A DNA stretch of 64,000 nucleotides. Origin: Hydrolagus affinis. Its lineage: Eukaryota. Positions 1-11,604 of this stretch are shown one piece after another (within the stretch, counting starts at the first letter, position 1; every line of letters begins with the position of its first letter). The stretch covers positions 1 to 64,000 of the forward strand of contig JAAILG010000093.1 in assembly GCA_012026655.1 (NCBI GenBank), given 5' to 3'. Below the pieces are notes generated by a model, which had not been told where the DNA came from, searched no databases, and saw nothing but the letters and a program-made list of their open reading frames with translations. The position numbers and the translations under genes were made by a program.

Positions 1-138
1 TCGACCTCCCCTTTGTGTTTCACCCCCTCCCAAACACTCCCCTCCCAGCTCGGGTCACATGCCTCCTGTGCAGCGCCTTGGGACGTCCTCCCGACGTGAA
101 AGGCGCTCTATAAATGTAATTTGTTGTTGTTGTTGTTG
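1..138 (+). mobile_element. L2 LINE 3' tail (family A, (TTG)n end)
   Basis: GCGCCTTGGGACGTCCTCCCGACGTGAAAGGCGCTCTATAAATGTAATTT followed by (TTG)n; essentially the same tail ends the RT-containing L2 copies at 34.6-35.7 kb and 47-48.3 kb. Confidence 0.85.
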
Positions 139-230
139 TAGATGTCTCAAAGTGCTTCAAAGAATGTACTGTAAAGTGAATTGACTATACATTTTGTGGG
201 CAAAACGTGGCAGCCAATTGCGCACAGCTG
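139..230 (-). mobile_element. tRNA-SINE 3' fragment
   Basis: Reverse complement of the SINE body (GCTGTGCGCAATTGGCTGCC...GTCAATTCACTTTACAG). Confidence 0.75.
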
Positions 231-885
231 TGCTCATGATATGAGTCCCACATGATTACGATACGACAACATTGAAAGGAACCACTATTGATTATGGATT
301 ATAATTATGGAACCAAATTCAAGAATGAATCAATTCCTTCGGTCGAGGGAGAAAATTGACCACAACAAAAAGAAAGAAAACCCTTTTTGTATTCCACGTA
401 TCACTTTCTTCATATTTGAACACAAGTGCGATCATTTCTCTGGAGAAAAAGGAAAAAAATTTGACCTTCGCATTATTCTTTCAATCTTTAGAGATTTGAA
501 AATAATTGATCTTATTCTTTGCAAAAACAAGTTGTATTTGCAGGCCTAAGTCAAAATGTCAAGGCTGATCTGGCATCTACACTGCCAGGCAGAGAACTCA
601 ATAGTTATTGTCCAAAAAGGACCTAATAGAATTATACAAATAATATCAGCACAAAGGGAGATTAAAGCATATACAGTACATCTTGCCTTTACAAATTTTT
701 CATTGAAACTTAAAATATCTCTCTCTCTTGTTCTGTGCACATGGCAGACCATCTAAAACTGGATGTTTCCAATTGGTCATAACAGAGGGTTCCAATTGCC
801 TGATAATGTAGCAAGAACTCAGCTCAGGGGTCATCTCAAATGCCTGAAGTTACCACATAATAATCCACAAGTTTTAAAAATACCT

Positions 886-1195
886 ACAACAACTTTCATT
901 ATAGAGCGCCCTTCACGCCCATCCTGGACAGCTTGTCAGTGACGGAGTCCGACACCGAATCAGGGGAGAGTGAGATGGGGAGGTGACCGTAAGCATGATC
1001 AAAAAACAGGGTCTTTAGGAGGGATTTGGTCACCTTTCTACCCCTGCCCCTGGCTCGGTCCCGGGATCTGCTATTGTGAAGCGCTCTGAGACGCCGTCCA
1101 GCGTGGAAGTTCATGAAGGGATTTGAAAACAAGGGAGAGGATCTTGAAATCAATCCATTTGGTAATTGGGAGCCAGTGGAGCCTGGCATGGACTG
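886..1195 (-). mobile_element. Composite of L2 3' fragments
   Basis: Tail CAACAAC...TTTATAGAGCGCCCTTCACG plus TGGGAGCCAGTG (LHWLP motif on minus strand); a second tail piece near 1075-1105 lies in the opposite sense. Confidence 0.65.
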
Positions 1196-1410
1196 GTGTG
1201 ATGGTGGTACAGAGTTTTGTGCATTACCTAACGTAAATATAAGCATTGTTCATTTGCTGGATGCAACACAAGCTTGAATTGGATTTGATTTGAATGGGGG
1301 CCAGCAAGACTATTCACAAGGTGACTTTATTTCAAAGCAGAGAATCCCCATCATTTCAATGTAACAGACTTCAATGATTAGTGGCTAATTTTATGTGTAC
1401 ATAATTTTTA

Positions 1411-1685
1411 TTATAATAATAATCTTTGCATTTGATATAGCGGTTTTCACGTCTTCTAGACGTCTCAAAGCTTCACAGAGTATACTGTAGCTGTAGGTGT
1501 AGTGGAGTCCTGTAGCTCAGTGGTTAAATTATTATTGTTTTTCTTTGAGAATTATTATTAGGCTTGTGAAGTGAGAACACTTGCCCAAGGTTTCGCCTTG
1601 CCTGGAATTGAACCCAGCTGTCTCCCTTGCAAGGCTCGTGCTCTAACCACCGAGCTACAGGGCTCCAACGGAGCTACAGGGCTCC
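1411..1685 (-). mobile_element. tRNA-SINE, rearranged copy
   Basis: Tail at 1411-1490, head at 1527-1666, inverted head piece at 1504-1526, duplicated head end at 1671-1685. Confidence 0.8.
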
Positions 1686-2608
1686 TTTATAATAAATATT
1701 AACCATATTAATGCCCAATAATCGGGCTATTAAGCAAGCACACATTCTGGAGTGGTGAAATTATAATAGGTTGTAACTGGTGTAGGATGAATTCAAGATT
1801 TTCTTTTTTATTTAGAGATTGTATAAAGCATTGATATATTGTAATGCATTAAACTCTCGTATTGCTGTGTGTTGACTGTACAGATCCAACCATCACTCCA
1901 CCATGTTTTAGTGCAGGGTAGGTCTGTAGAAATCGTCATTGATGTCAGCTAGGCACAGTTGGTAGCTCTTAGTAATATTCAGAAACTAATATCAGCTTTT
2001 ATTCAGGAATGGGAAATGTAAATCAGGCTTCTTACACCACAGGGGAGTGTGGTGAGAAATGATTTTGCTTCACTCTCAACGGCGTAAATGCAAATGTACC
2101 ATAACCAGAGGAGCAATGGCAGAACGGCAGAAAGAGTCAGCGCTGATACATTCATCTTTCAGCAGCTAATAAGACAGCCTGATGCATTCGGATGGTTAAT
2201 CTATCCCTTCAATGTTCACGCCATAGTATAAATATAGATAGGTAGACAGGTTAATTACAGACACAGGCCGAGTTGGTTTGAGGCCAGTGTGCATGTGTCA
2301 CTGCTGTGAATATATGTACCAGCTGCAAATTAACATGGTATCCCATGAATCTGTCTGTGGAGACCAGCCATTTCCTTACTGAAAATAACCAAGTGACATT
2401 GTCCATGTTACTTTCTCACACTTTCTACCCAATATACCTGGAATGATATTGGGAAAGGTCTGTAGGCAGATCATCCATCTGACTTTGATATCCTACGTGT
2501 CTGTATGTATTTTTCAGAATATTTTCTAGCAAATGTTGGCTCCCTCCTATTTTTGTCCATTAACCTCTGGTTAGGGTACATTCGCATATATTGTATACTG
2601 TTGGGAGT

Positions 2609-2978
2609 GGAGTTCTGCAGCTCACTGGTTAGAGCACTCACCTTGCAAGCAAGAGACCTGGGTTTGATTCCTGGTAGGGCAAAACCTGGGGCAAGTATCC
2701 TTACTCCACACACCTGATAATAATCCCTCAAGAAAAAAACAATAATAATTTGGTCACTCAATCCACGATTGTTTGTGGGACACTTGTTGCGCCTTGGGAC
2801 GTCCTCTCGACTTGAAAGGCTCTATACAAGTGTTGTTTGTTGTTGTTGTGCAGAATTGGCTGCCACAATTTGCTCACAAATATACAGTCAATTCACTTCA
2901 CAATATATTCTGCGAAGCGCTTTGACACATCTAGAAGATGTGAATAGTGCTATATCAAATAAAAGTATTATTATTATT
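2609..2978 (+). mobile_element. Full-length tRNA-SINE with an L2 tail inserted at 2789-2848
   Basis: A-box-like CAGCTCACTGG, B-box-like GGTTTGATTCC, SINE body and (ATT)n tail; internal GCGCCTTGGGACGTCC...(TTG)n. Confidence 0.85.
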
Positions 2979-3974
2979 GTTTTGCCTTTGTATTAAAAGT
3001 TACATAATACTCATTGCATTTAACATAGCAGTGCCTTATCACATTGACAAAACATCTCAAAGCACTTCACAGGATTTTGACTGAAATGTAGTGACTACTT
3101 GTAGGAGAACATCTGAGATATTATTTGCATTGCCTCTTCACTGTGACATACAGCAAAGTGCTTGGAAAAATAATTGACATTTCATCTCAAACAAATGATT
3201 AGCAGAGGTCTCAAAGAGCCTCCTGATTGTTCCAAGTCGTTGATCTGCAGATAAAATGTTGATTCCTTCTGTTGTTCGCCAACGATTGCATTTTAGGAAA
3301 CCGATTGAAATAAAGATCTATTGACCCCGTGTAAAATAGATTTTACAACCCATCTTTGGAGACGAACAAAATAAATATTTTAACCTTTGATCAATATTTC
3401 CTCTATTTTTAAAATACTGAAGGGACTTTGATTGACTCACTGCTGTGCTTAATTCTTTCATGGCCTTTTCTTTATCCAGGTGCAACTTTTGAAGTGTTGT
3501 TCAGGCCCCAGATTCATTCATTCTCTTCTCAGGGATCAAGCGCAACTTCAAAAGCTGCTGCTGAATAATAAATCTAACTATGACGAGATGAATTGTTGGA
3601 GCCTCTGAAAGTGGGTCGCACACAAACGGAAGTCATGAAATTAACATTTTAGAACTGAGATGGTGGTGCCGGGAGGGGGTTTAAACTGGGCCGTTACTGC
3701 GTACACAAGCTATTTGATTCTTTGTTCCCGTTCGGGAAAAATATCTTCCATCAAGTTGCAGTCTGTTGACTACGCAGATCAAAAGGTCGCTGGTAATGCG
3801 GAGTGGTTAGTCAGGTCACATGCATATCTAGCATCAATAGCATCAGCAGGCCAACCAACATTTCCGAAGAAATATTCTGAATCTTAAAAATGCAATGGAT
3901 TTATAGAAAATAAAAAGGCAACAATACCTTATACTTACTGTAAGGAACTATCACTCCAACCTGCCCTCTCCCAA

Positions 3975-4360
3975 AACCACTACTCTCTGCTTCCTCTTGA
4001 CTGACTTCTTGTCTCCCGGATCTACCGCCCCACCATCAGTGGCCGTGCTTTCAGCCACTACAACAACAACAAAATTACATTTATAGAGCGCTTTTCATGT
4101 CGGGAGGACATCCAAAGGCGCTGAACAGTTAGGTCAGTATGCCCCAAAGCTGTGGAACTCTCAAATTCAAACCCTTCGTCTCGCCCCTCTCTTCATTTCC
4201 CGGTTGCACTTGAAAACCTTTTTCTTCGACCACGTCTACAGTCACCTTCCTCCTCCCACTGGCTTGACATTGGGCTCCGCCACTGTTAAACGCTCTGAGA
4301 CGCCATCCAGCGTGAAGGGCACTATATAAATGCAAGTTACTTTTACTTGTTGTTGTTTAG
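3975..4360 (+). mobile_element. L2 3' region (family B tail) with a nested minus-strand family A tail at ~4060-4135
   Basis: GGCCGTGCTTTCAGCCACTA...GCCCCAAAGCTGTGGAAC (GRAFS..APKLWN) split by ACAACAACAAC...TTTATAGAGCGC. Confidence 0.75.
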
Positions 4361-4366
4361 TTGTTA

Positions 4367-4524
4367 TTGTGCGCAATTTGGCTGCCGCGTTTCGCCCACA
4401 AATATACAGTCCTTCTCTCCTTCATCCTGCCCCAACCCCTCCCCACCTGCTTTTGTCCCTACCTGACTGTACAGCGCCTTGGGACATTCTCTCGACGTGA
4501 AAGGCGCTATATAAATGTAAGTTT
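4367..4524 (+). mobile_element. SINE fragment joined to an L2 3' tail
   Basis: TGTGCGCAATTTGGCTGCCGCGTTTCGCCCACAAATATACAGTC, then a C-rich tract and GCGCCTTGGGAC...AAGGCGCTATATAAATG. Confidence 0.75.
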
Positions 4525-4526
4525 TG

Positions 4527-4562
4527 GATTGATTGGTTGATTGATTGATTGATTGATTGATC
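4527..4562. repeat. (GATT)n microsatellite
   Basis: About 9 GATT units with one GGTT variant, directly after the L2 tail. Confidence 0.9.
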
Positions 4563-6778
4563 AGACTTCTGTGCACAACGTGTATGATCGTTTCCATTGC
4601 ATTTAATATGCTTTAGCTGAGATTATCACAGCACATTGTCCATTACATACATGGTGCTTCCCTGAGATTTCTGCAGCACATTTTGTAGGGTGTTAGAAGA
4701 ACAGACGCATATCCATGCAATTGATCAAACCTAGGCTGAACCACAAGATTATACTAATCTTTAGCTCAGAGAAATGAGGAGACAGGGATTGTGTTGACTT
4801 TTGTCACAAGAGCAAATTCCATTTAGATAGTACTTTTCAAGTCAGAAGGACGTCCATTGTTGTGTAACTATCAGAACAGGTTATTTAGCAAGTTGGCAGC
4901 TGAACAGTGAACACTTACTCAGGACGCACGCCCCTCTGGAAAAAGTACCTTTTGTTCAGAAGCTGTACCATGCTTGAGGGCATGGCAGAGGCATCATTCC
5001 ATCAGGTGCTAAAATTAGAAACGTCATTTTTGTGGCGTGGACTGCAATGGAAAATTTGTGTTAGATTCACTCGCAATTTTCCACTCCTTGGTTACCACAA
5101 ACATAGCACTTAAAAGCAAAATAAACCCATTTAGCTAGTTGACGCCCTTCTTGAGCTAATTAAAGCCACCTTTTAATTTCCATTCTTGATTTATCAACCT
5201 AGAACCAAGTTTTTAAGCCCAGTGGAGACTTGGCCTAACTGAGCATGGTACTTAGTACCAAAGGCTTTTAGAGGAGCCAATTATCTTCCCATTCCTTGCA
5301 CAAAGATTCCTACAGTTCCTGCAGGAGGAAGTTGCAAACTAAAATCCTGTCTAATGCCCCAACCTCTTTTTGAGGCAAGGGTTTGGGATTTCATGTTAGC
5401 CAATAGAAACCAGTCTATTTCAATTACAAAGAAAGGTAAAGACTGCAGCATGAGGAAAATTACACAGTTCAAAGTCCTGGTAGTCCTCCACTTGCCAGAC
5501 GTCCAGTGAACAAGATCCCTGGTGGTTCTGATAGAATTGACGCTAAATGCCATTAAAATGAACAGAATATTTTGCTGCAATGAAGAATGCCATTCAGACA
5601 ACAGGGTGAAGCTGAAGATAAACTTGCCAATAGCAGCCGCTTACTTATTACTGGAACCCACAGACGCAGACCTTTGAGACTTGTTTGATTGTGTGATGTA
5701 GATACATCATCAGAGGCTACCAATGTCATTTCATTTCCAGACAAAGCCAGAATGAGGTCATTTGACCCAGAGGAATAGAATCAAAGGGCAAAAGTAATGT
5801 TTTCTGACTTTTGGAAAGTTGCTATTGTGCTACATGCAATCTGTCAGGATTTTCTAATAAAAAGGACCAACCAGTATTTTAGAAAGAATAAAGCAAGATA
5901 GATATTGCTATATTCTGCCACAAATGGAACAATATACTTTATTATGGGAAGGAGAAAGTCAAGAACAAAACTCATGGTTTAATGTTATGAGTTGTATATG
6001 GAACAAATATTCCAACTTAAGTGTGCACTGTATATTTTTCTTAACTTAAATGACGGTCGACTGTCAATCAATTAAAATGTACTCTGCATGTGAACTTGAT
6101 ACATCCAATTTATATGTTGTTCTCGAACTTGCAATGGTTAAGTTGCATGTTCAAACAGTTCTCCCTCGTGGTTTTGAGCTCCTGGGTTTTCTCTGGTCCA
6201 TTTTATGAAATCCAGGACCAAGTACTGAGGTGGATCACTGATAAACTCGGAAGCAGATGCAGGAAGGGAGGATTCCAACATTCACTGGCCCCTGTGGCAG
6301 AGTCAGCTTCACATGAAGAATATCTATTTGCCAAAGTGAGGACCTGAATAAGCAGTTGATGTTGAGTAAGCCTGATGTGCATTGTTGGACCTTGATATCT
6401 ACTTGCTTACTGTAAGAGTTGCTTTTATTCAATGTAAAAACAAGTTACAAAAGCCTAAATAGCATGGCGTATTGGCTTCTGTGGTTCCTCACCCTGTTAA
6501 TTCTGTGATTTGCTGATAAACTGGGTAGTTCAAATCATTTTGTGCCAATATTTATTTACTTGTTCCTGCTATATCCTTGCACGGCATGTCCATGGTGAGG
6601 TGCTTCTGGCTAGGGAGGTAATTCCTTTTATATCTTTTGATTCAAGAGCTGGTAAAACTAGTATATTTGCAAAATTACCAAATGTGATTTTAAGAACAAT
6701 CAGTCAACGTAGGCAAGGAAAATAGACCTATAGGTCAATGCCATCCCTGTCCTGCCTGGATGATGATGATGATGATAC

Positions 6779-6912
6779 CACTGCTGTGCGCAATTGGCTG
6801 CCGCGTTTCGCCCACAAATATACAGTCAAATCACTTTACAGTGAATTCTGTGAAGCGCTTTGAGACGTCGATAAGATGTGAAAAGTGCTGTATCAAATGC
6901 AAGGATTATTAT
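6779..6912 (+). mobile_element. tRNA-SINE 3' half
   Basis: Matches the SINE body through AAATGCAAGGATTATTAT; preceded by (GAT)n. Confidence 0.8.
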
Positions 6913-7117
6913 GTGTATGCCTCCAGCAGATAATGAGCCAGTATCTACTCTGGGAGAAGTTATCACCAGAGATGAGTTTTCCTACAAGCAGAGTAATATT
7001 TTGATGTTCCCTAGTAGATTGCAAGGTAATTTAACCAGAAAATAAAAACATCTTTGCTTTGTTGTTCTGGCTCCAGCCAGAGGATTTTCCATTTGTACAT
7101 AATGGTATAATACAAAT

Positions 7118-7300
7118 ACCAAATTACATTTGTATAGCACCTATCATATCAGGAGGATGTCATATCAGGGGATTTGGACCCAAGCAGTGGGGGATCAGGG
7201 AGGCAGGAGGGCAGGGTGGGAGGGTAGGAGGTGCGGTCAAAAAGGAATGTCTTGAAATGCTCCTTGAAGGAGGTAAGGGAGCGAGTGAGGCCAAAATAAT
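7118..7300 (-). mobile_element. L2 3' fragment
   Basis: Minus-strand translation SLTSFKEHFKTFLFD resembles the L2 ORF2 C-terminus, followed by the tail. Confidence 0.7.
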
Positions 7301-8074
7301 GCCCTAAAAGCAGTATATAATGTTCCTCTAACATTTTTCCTTTCAAAGTGAAGGAGGGGATATGGGGTGGAGAAGAAAACTGAACTCAAAATGATCGAAA
7401 TGGGGCAAACATTTAGATGTTCACAAATTAATCTTAAGTGATGAAATTTGGGTTATGTCTGATGTAGATACTGGTTTCATTTTCATCCCCACCAGAGATC
7501 ACTCCTCCTTCAGATTCCAACCACGATCATGTATAGGGAGACAAAGCACTACTGATTGCTGTGAGGCCAGCAGGTTTATTTTTATACATTACATTCTTTC
7601 AGGAAGTGAACTGTTGCGATAGAGATCATTTGAAGTACATGTGACTGATATGAATGTTTCTATACCGGACACACTTCAAAAATATCATCTAAATGCAAAT
7701 GAATTTTAATTGTTTCTGTTTAGGTTAGATCAACACACATTAAACACGATTAAAAATAAATTATCTCATCTGTTTCCGAATGGTTTCTGGAATGCTTGAC
7801 TTTGGAACTTCAGTGGTGATGACGCATTAAATCCACTTGTTTAGGTGGACACTGAGGATCCCAAGAAACTGGTGTACAAGCCGATAATCTTCCAGATAAA
7901 ATTGGTCGTTCATGTATTGGCTGGTTAATAATCCTTGCATTCTTATAATGCCTTTTACATTGGAACGGTGTCTCAAAGTACTTCATAGGATCCTACCGTA
8001 AATTGTAGTGACTGCGTATTTTGTAGATGAACAAGGGTCAAATAATAATAATAATCTTTGCATTTGAGCTTGCT

Positions 8075-8349
8075 CGAATTCAAGATCCTCGTCCTCACTT
8101 TCGAGGCCATTCATGGCCTTGCCCCCACCTATCTCTCTGACCTACTGTCTCCCTATCAGCCTCTCCGTTCAGCAGACTCAGGCCTGCTCCGCGTCCACCA
8201 CCCTAACCGCCCAACCATCGGCAGCCGGCCGCCGATGGTAAGGCGGTTCAGGCGGGGGACATGGAGCAGACCAGAGCCTGCTGAACGGAGGGGACGCGCA
8301 GGCTGATAGGGAGACAGTAGGTCAGAGAGATAGGCTTGGGGAATGGCCG
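8075..8349. mobile_element. Fold-back pair of L2 ORF2 C-terminal fragments
   Basis: FKILVLTFEAIHGLAPTYLSDLL on +, AYLSDLLSPYQPARPLRSA on -; 8128-8162 is the exact reverse complement of 8300-8334. Confidence 0.85.
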
Positions 8350-9337
8350 TAAATTTTACTTTACAGGTTACAATAATGTAAAGCAAACAATGTTGGCTGC
8401 AAATGCTAACCCTGATATCTAGGAAGAACTTTCCCAATAAACTTTGTAAGTATTTCTGCCAGTCAGTTCAGAAAGATTTTGTTTATGTTCAATACTTTAT
8501 CAGTCTTACCATCTTCACCAATGTAATCTGGCAGAAGTATTGCTGTGCATATAAGCAATGCAAAACTTATTTATATACTGAATCTGCAGAGACAATCAGT
8601 GTTCAAAGGGATTCAGTGACTTTCCCTATCCCAAGACTGAATGGAAAACTAAAAACATACTAATTTATCTTCCCCTTATGCTCAACAGCTGACAATGAGT
8701 CACCCTGTATGAGTTACCAGCCCTTCGCTTCAGTCTAATGCTACTTGTCATTTCAATATGAAAAGAGCCAAATTTATCTCGGAAACAGTTCTACGTTGTT
8801 TATGTAAGAAGGTTTAGTGCAGTCTCTCTTTCGTTTTTCCCTTCCTTTTCCATCGGTGGTCTGGTTATTTAATGAGGTCAGAGACCACTAAGCAACTGCA
8901 ATGGAAAAAAATGTAATAAATGTTTCTTTCATCTTAAAAGGAATTCGGATTTTCTCACTGATCACTTCAGAAACCAGACAGTGAATTAGCTGATATACTT
9001 GAGAAGCATTTATGTGGATACAATCCTAAAGTACTTTGTTACCACTCTTTCCCGCCCTCCCCATTCCAAAAGTGTGTAGGAAGATTCCATAATTTGATGA
9101 CTTTTATAGCTTTGTTGATGTTACTCTGCTGTTAGGAATTGAGAGAAGAAAGGCAGGCAGGCAGCTGGGTTCTCCGATATGCAATGGGATGACCGGACAA
9201 AACAGGACGAGGAAATCTTAATTTTCCAAAACTCAAGATACATTCCGATTATGGGCCCTATACTTCAGCTGAATATAAAAAAAACTCGAGCATCTTAAAC
9301 AAGATTCCTTGAGCTAGTCAGAAGGTTGGAGGCATAC

Positions 9338-9376
9338 TACTTTGGTAGTATCTATTTAATAGATACTACCAAAGTA
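9338..9376. repeat. Perfect palindrome, 19-bp arms with a 1-nt centre
   Basis: TACTTTGGTAGTATCTATT-T-AATAGATACTACCAAAGTA. Confidence 0.95.
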
Positions 9377-9429
9377 AAAACATCTTTCAAAATAACTTCT
9401 ACCTGGAATCTTGTTACCGTAAGCATTAC

Positions 9430-9690
9430 CTGGTAGTAACTAGGAACCCAGTTACTCGATTCGCCAGATTGCTTTCCCAATATTAATCCATCCCCAAAAA
9501 ATAAACCCCAAAACATTTGAGTCACTCATTCCACGACTATTTGTGGGAGACTGCTATGTGAAATTGGTTGCCGCATTTCGCCCGCAACGTATACAGTCAT
9601 ACAGTCAATACAATATATTTTCTGAAATGCTTTGAGACATTTCAAAGACATGATAATATGCAATATGAAATGCAAGAATCGATGTTATTA
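9430..9690 (+). mobile_element. Older SINE (long-subfamily-like), 3' part
   Basis: TAGGAACCC...GATTGCTTT segment followed by the SINE body and a degenerate tail. Confidence 0.6.
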
Positions 9691-9957
9691 TCTTAAACAA
9701 GATACTTTGTTGGAGTTAGAGGCATTTCATCTTTGTTTTTTATTTAATAAACAGGAACGAAGCAACTTACACACTTACAAAATAATTTCCATCTATAAAT
9801 TTATTCGGTATTGAAAAAAAGCAACTTCTTCAGAAAGCTGTACTGCGTCTTTCTTTCATTAAATTCATGGAAATTCGCACACTTGGTCCAAGACAGTAAA
9901 ATAAATTTTCAGGGCAATATTTTTTACTTTAGGAAATATTGATCCTACTTAGTGATA

Positions 9958-10254
9958 AGAGTCCTGTAGATCAGTGGTTAGAGCACTCGCCCTGCAAGCA
10001 AGAGACCTAGGTTTGATACCAAGCAGGGCGAAACTGTGGGCAAGTTTCCTTACTCCACACACCTGATAATAATCCCTAAAAAAAAACACTGATAAATTTT
10101 GTCATTTCAATCTGCTACTGTTTGTGGAACACTGCTATGCGCAATTGGATGCCACGTTTCACCCACAAAATATGCAATCAATTCACTTTACAATATAGTC
10201 TGTAAAGCGCTTTGAGACGTGAAAAGTGCTACATCAAATGCAAGGATTATTATT
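9958..10254 (+). mobile_element. Full-length tRNA-SINE
   Basis: tRNA-like head GAGTCCTGTAGATCAGTGGTTAGAGCAC, body, and GCAAGGATTATTATT tail. Confidence 0.9.
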
Positions 10255-10408
10255 TTAGTACAACAACCACAAAATTCAAAAATATTATTTTGATTTTGAT
10301 GTTCAAAGTGGTGCCTTCCTGTCAAACTAAACAGCAGGAAACAGTAAAGGTGAACATTGTTTAAAATAACACGAGGTAATAAACATGAAAATACATCTCA
10401 GCACTTCC

Positions 10409-10835
10409 AAATTCAAGATCCTCATCCTCACATTCAAGGCTATTCACAGCTTTGCTCCCGCCTATCTCTCTAACCTACTGTCTCCCTATCAGCCTGCCCA
10501 CACCCTCCGTTCAGCAGACTCAGGCCTACTCTGGGTCCACCACCCTAACCGCCCAGTCATTGGCGACCGGGCGTTCAGCATCTCTGCTTCCACAATGTGA
10601 AACTCCATCCCTCAGCCCCTCCGCCTTGCTGCCTCCCTTTCCTCCTTCAAGGCCAGTCTCAAGACCTTCCTCTTTGACCACACCTTCAGCTCCCCCACTA
10701 ACTCTTCCCCCTCCCCTTCCCCCAACCCTGATCCTCCCCCCCCCCACACCCCCACCACCCCCCGCTCGGGTCCCTACCTGACTGTTCAGCGCTTTGGGAC
10801 GTCTATCTTTGAAAGGCGCTTTTTATGTGCAATTT
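10409..10835 (+). mobile_element. L2 3' fragment
   Basis: FKILILTFKAIHSFAPAYLSNLL...GDRAFS; C-rich 3' UTR and tail. Confidence 0.85.
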
Positions 10836-11293
10836 TTTTTTAAAAGGTTAGCACATTTTTTGTCTGACCACTAGATTATCTGGAGATTAAAGCATTCGGT
10901 GATCTTACATTGCCCAATTTGAGCATTATCAAAACACTGTTTGTGAGGATGTCTGTGTGAACACAGTAAAACAAGCCTGAAATCTATCCCCTCCACTAGC
11001 ATTTTAAACACATGCTAATGTCATACCTGCACAGAGCAGATCATATGGGAATCAATTTTGTTGAAAAATATAAAAATAAGGCTGTGCATATTTATATTCT
11101 ATTCAAAAATATGTCACTCTGGGTTATGAAGGTAGGGTAAGAATCCTCGCAGCATTGTATTCTATAGAGCATTGTGTCAGCTTTTAGCTGGAAATAATAC
11201 ACACAACCTTTTAGTCTGAATGAAATCCAAGCCAAAATTGTTCTTGCCAAGTTGAATGATTTCAATATTTTGTTCACCAAATTCATTCATAAA

Positions 11294-11604
11294 AATAATA
11301 ATAATAATCATTGCATTTGATATATCGCTTTTCATATCTTCTGGACGCCTCAAAACTCTTCACATAATATTCTGTAAGGTGAATTGACTGTATATTTATG
11401 GGCGAAATGCGGCAGCCAATTGCGCACAGCAGTGTCCCACAAACAGTCATGGATTGAAATGACCAATTATTTCTTTATTTTTTGGCGGATTATTATTAGG
11501 TGTGTGGAATAAGGAAACTTGCCTAAGGTTTTGCCCTGCCTGGAGTTGAACCCTGGTCTCTCGCTTGTGAAGCGAGTGCTCTAACCACTGAACTACAGGA
11601 CTCC
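11294..11604 (-). mobile_element. Full-length tRNA-SINE
   Basis: Reverse complement of the full SINE consensus, including the head GGAGTCCTGTAGTTCAGTGG. Confidence 0.9.

Noticed and set aside
9958-10030. tRNA genes (Ala-TGC/Val-TAC-like) at the SINE heads
   Set aside because: Each continues into the SINE body and tail, lacks a proper acceptor stem, and varies in anticodon between copies
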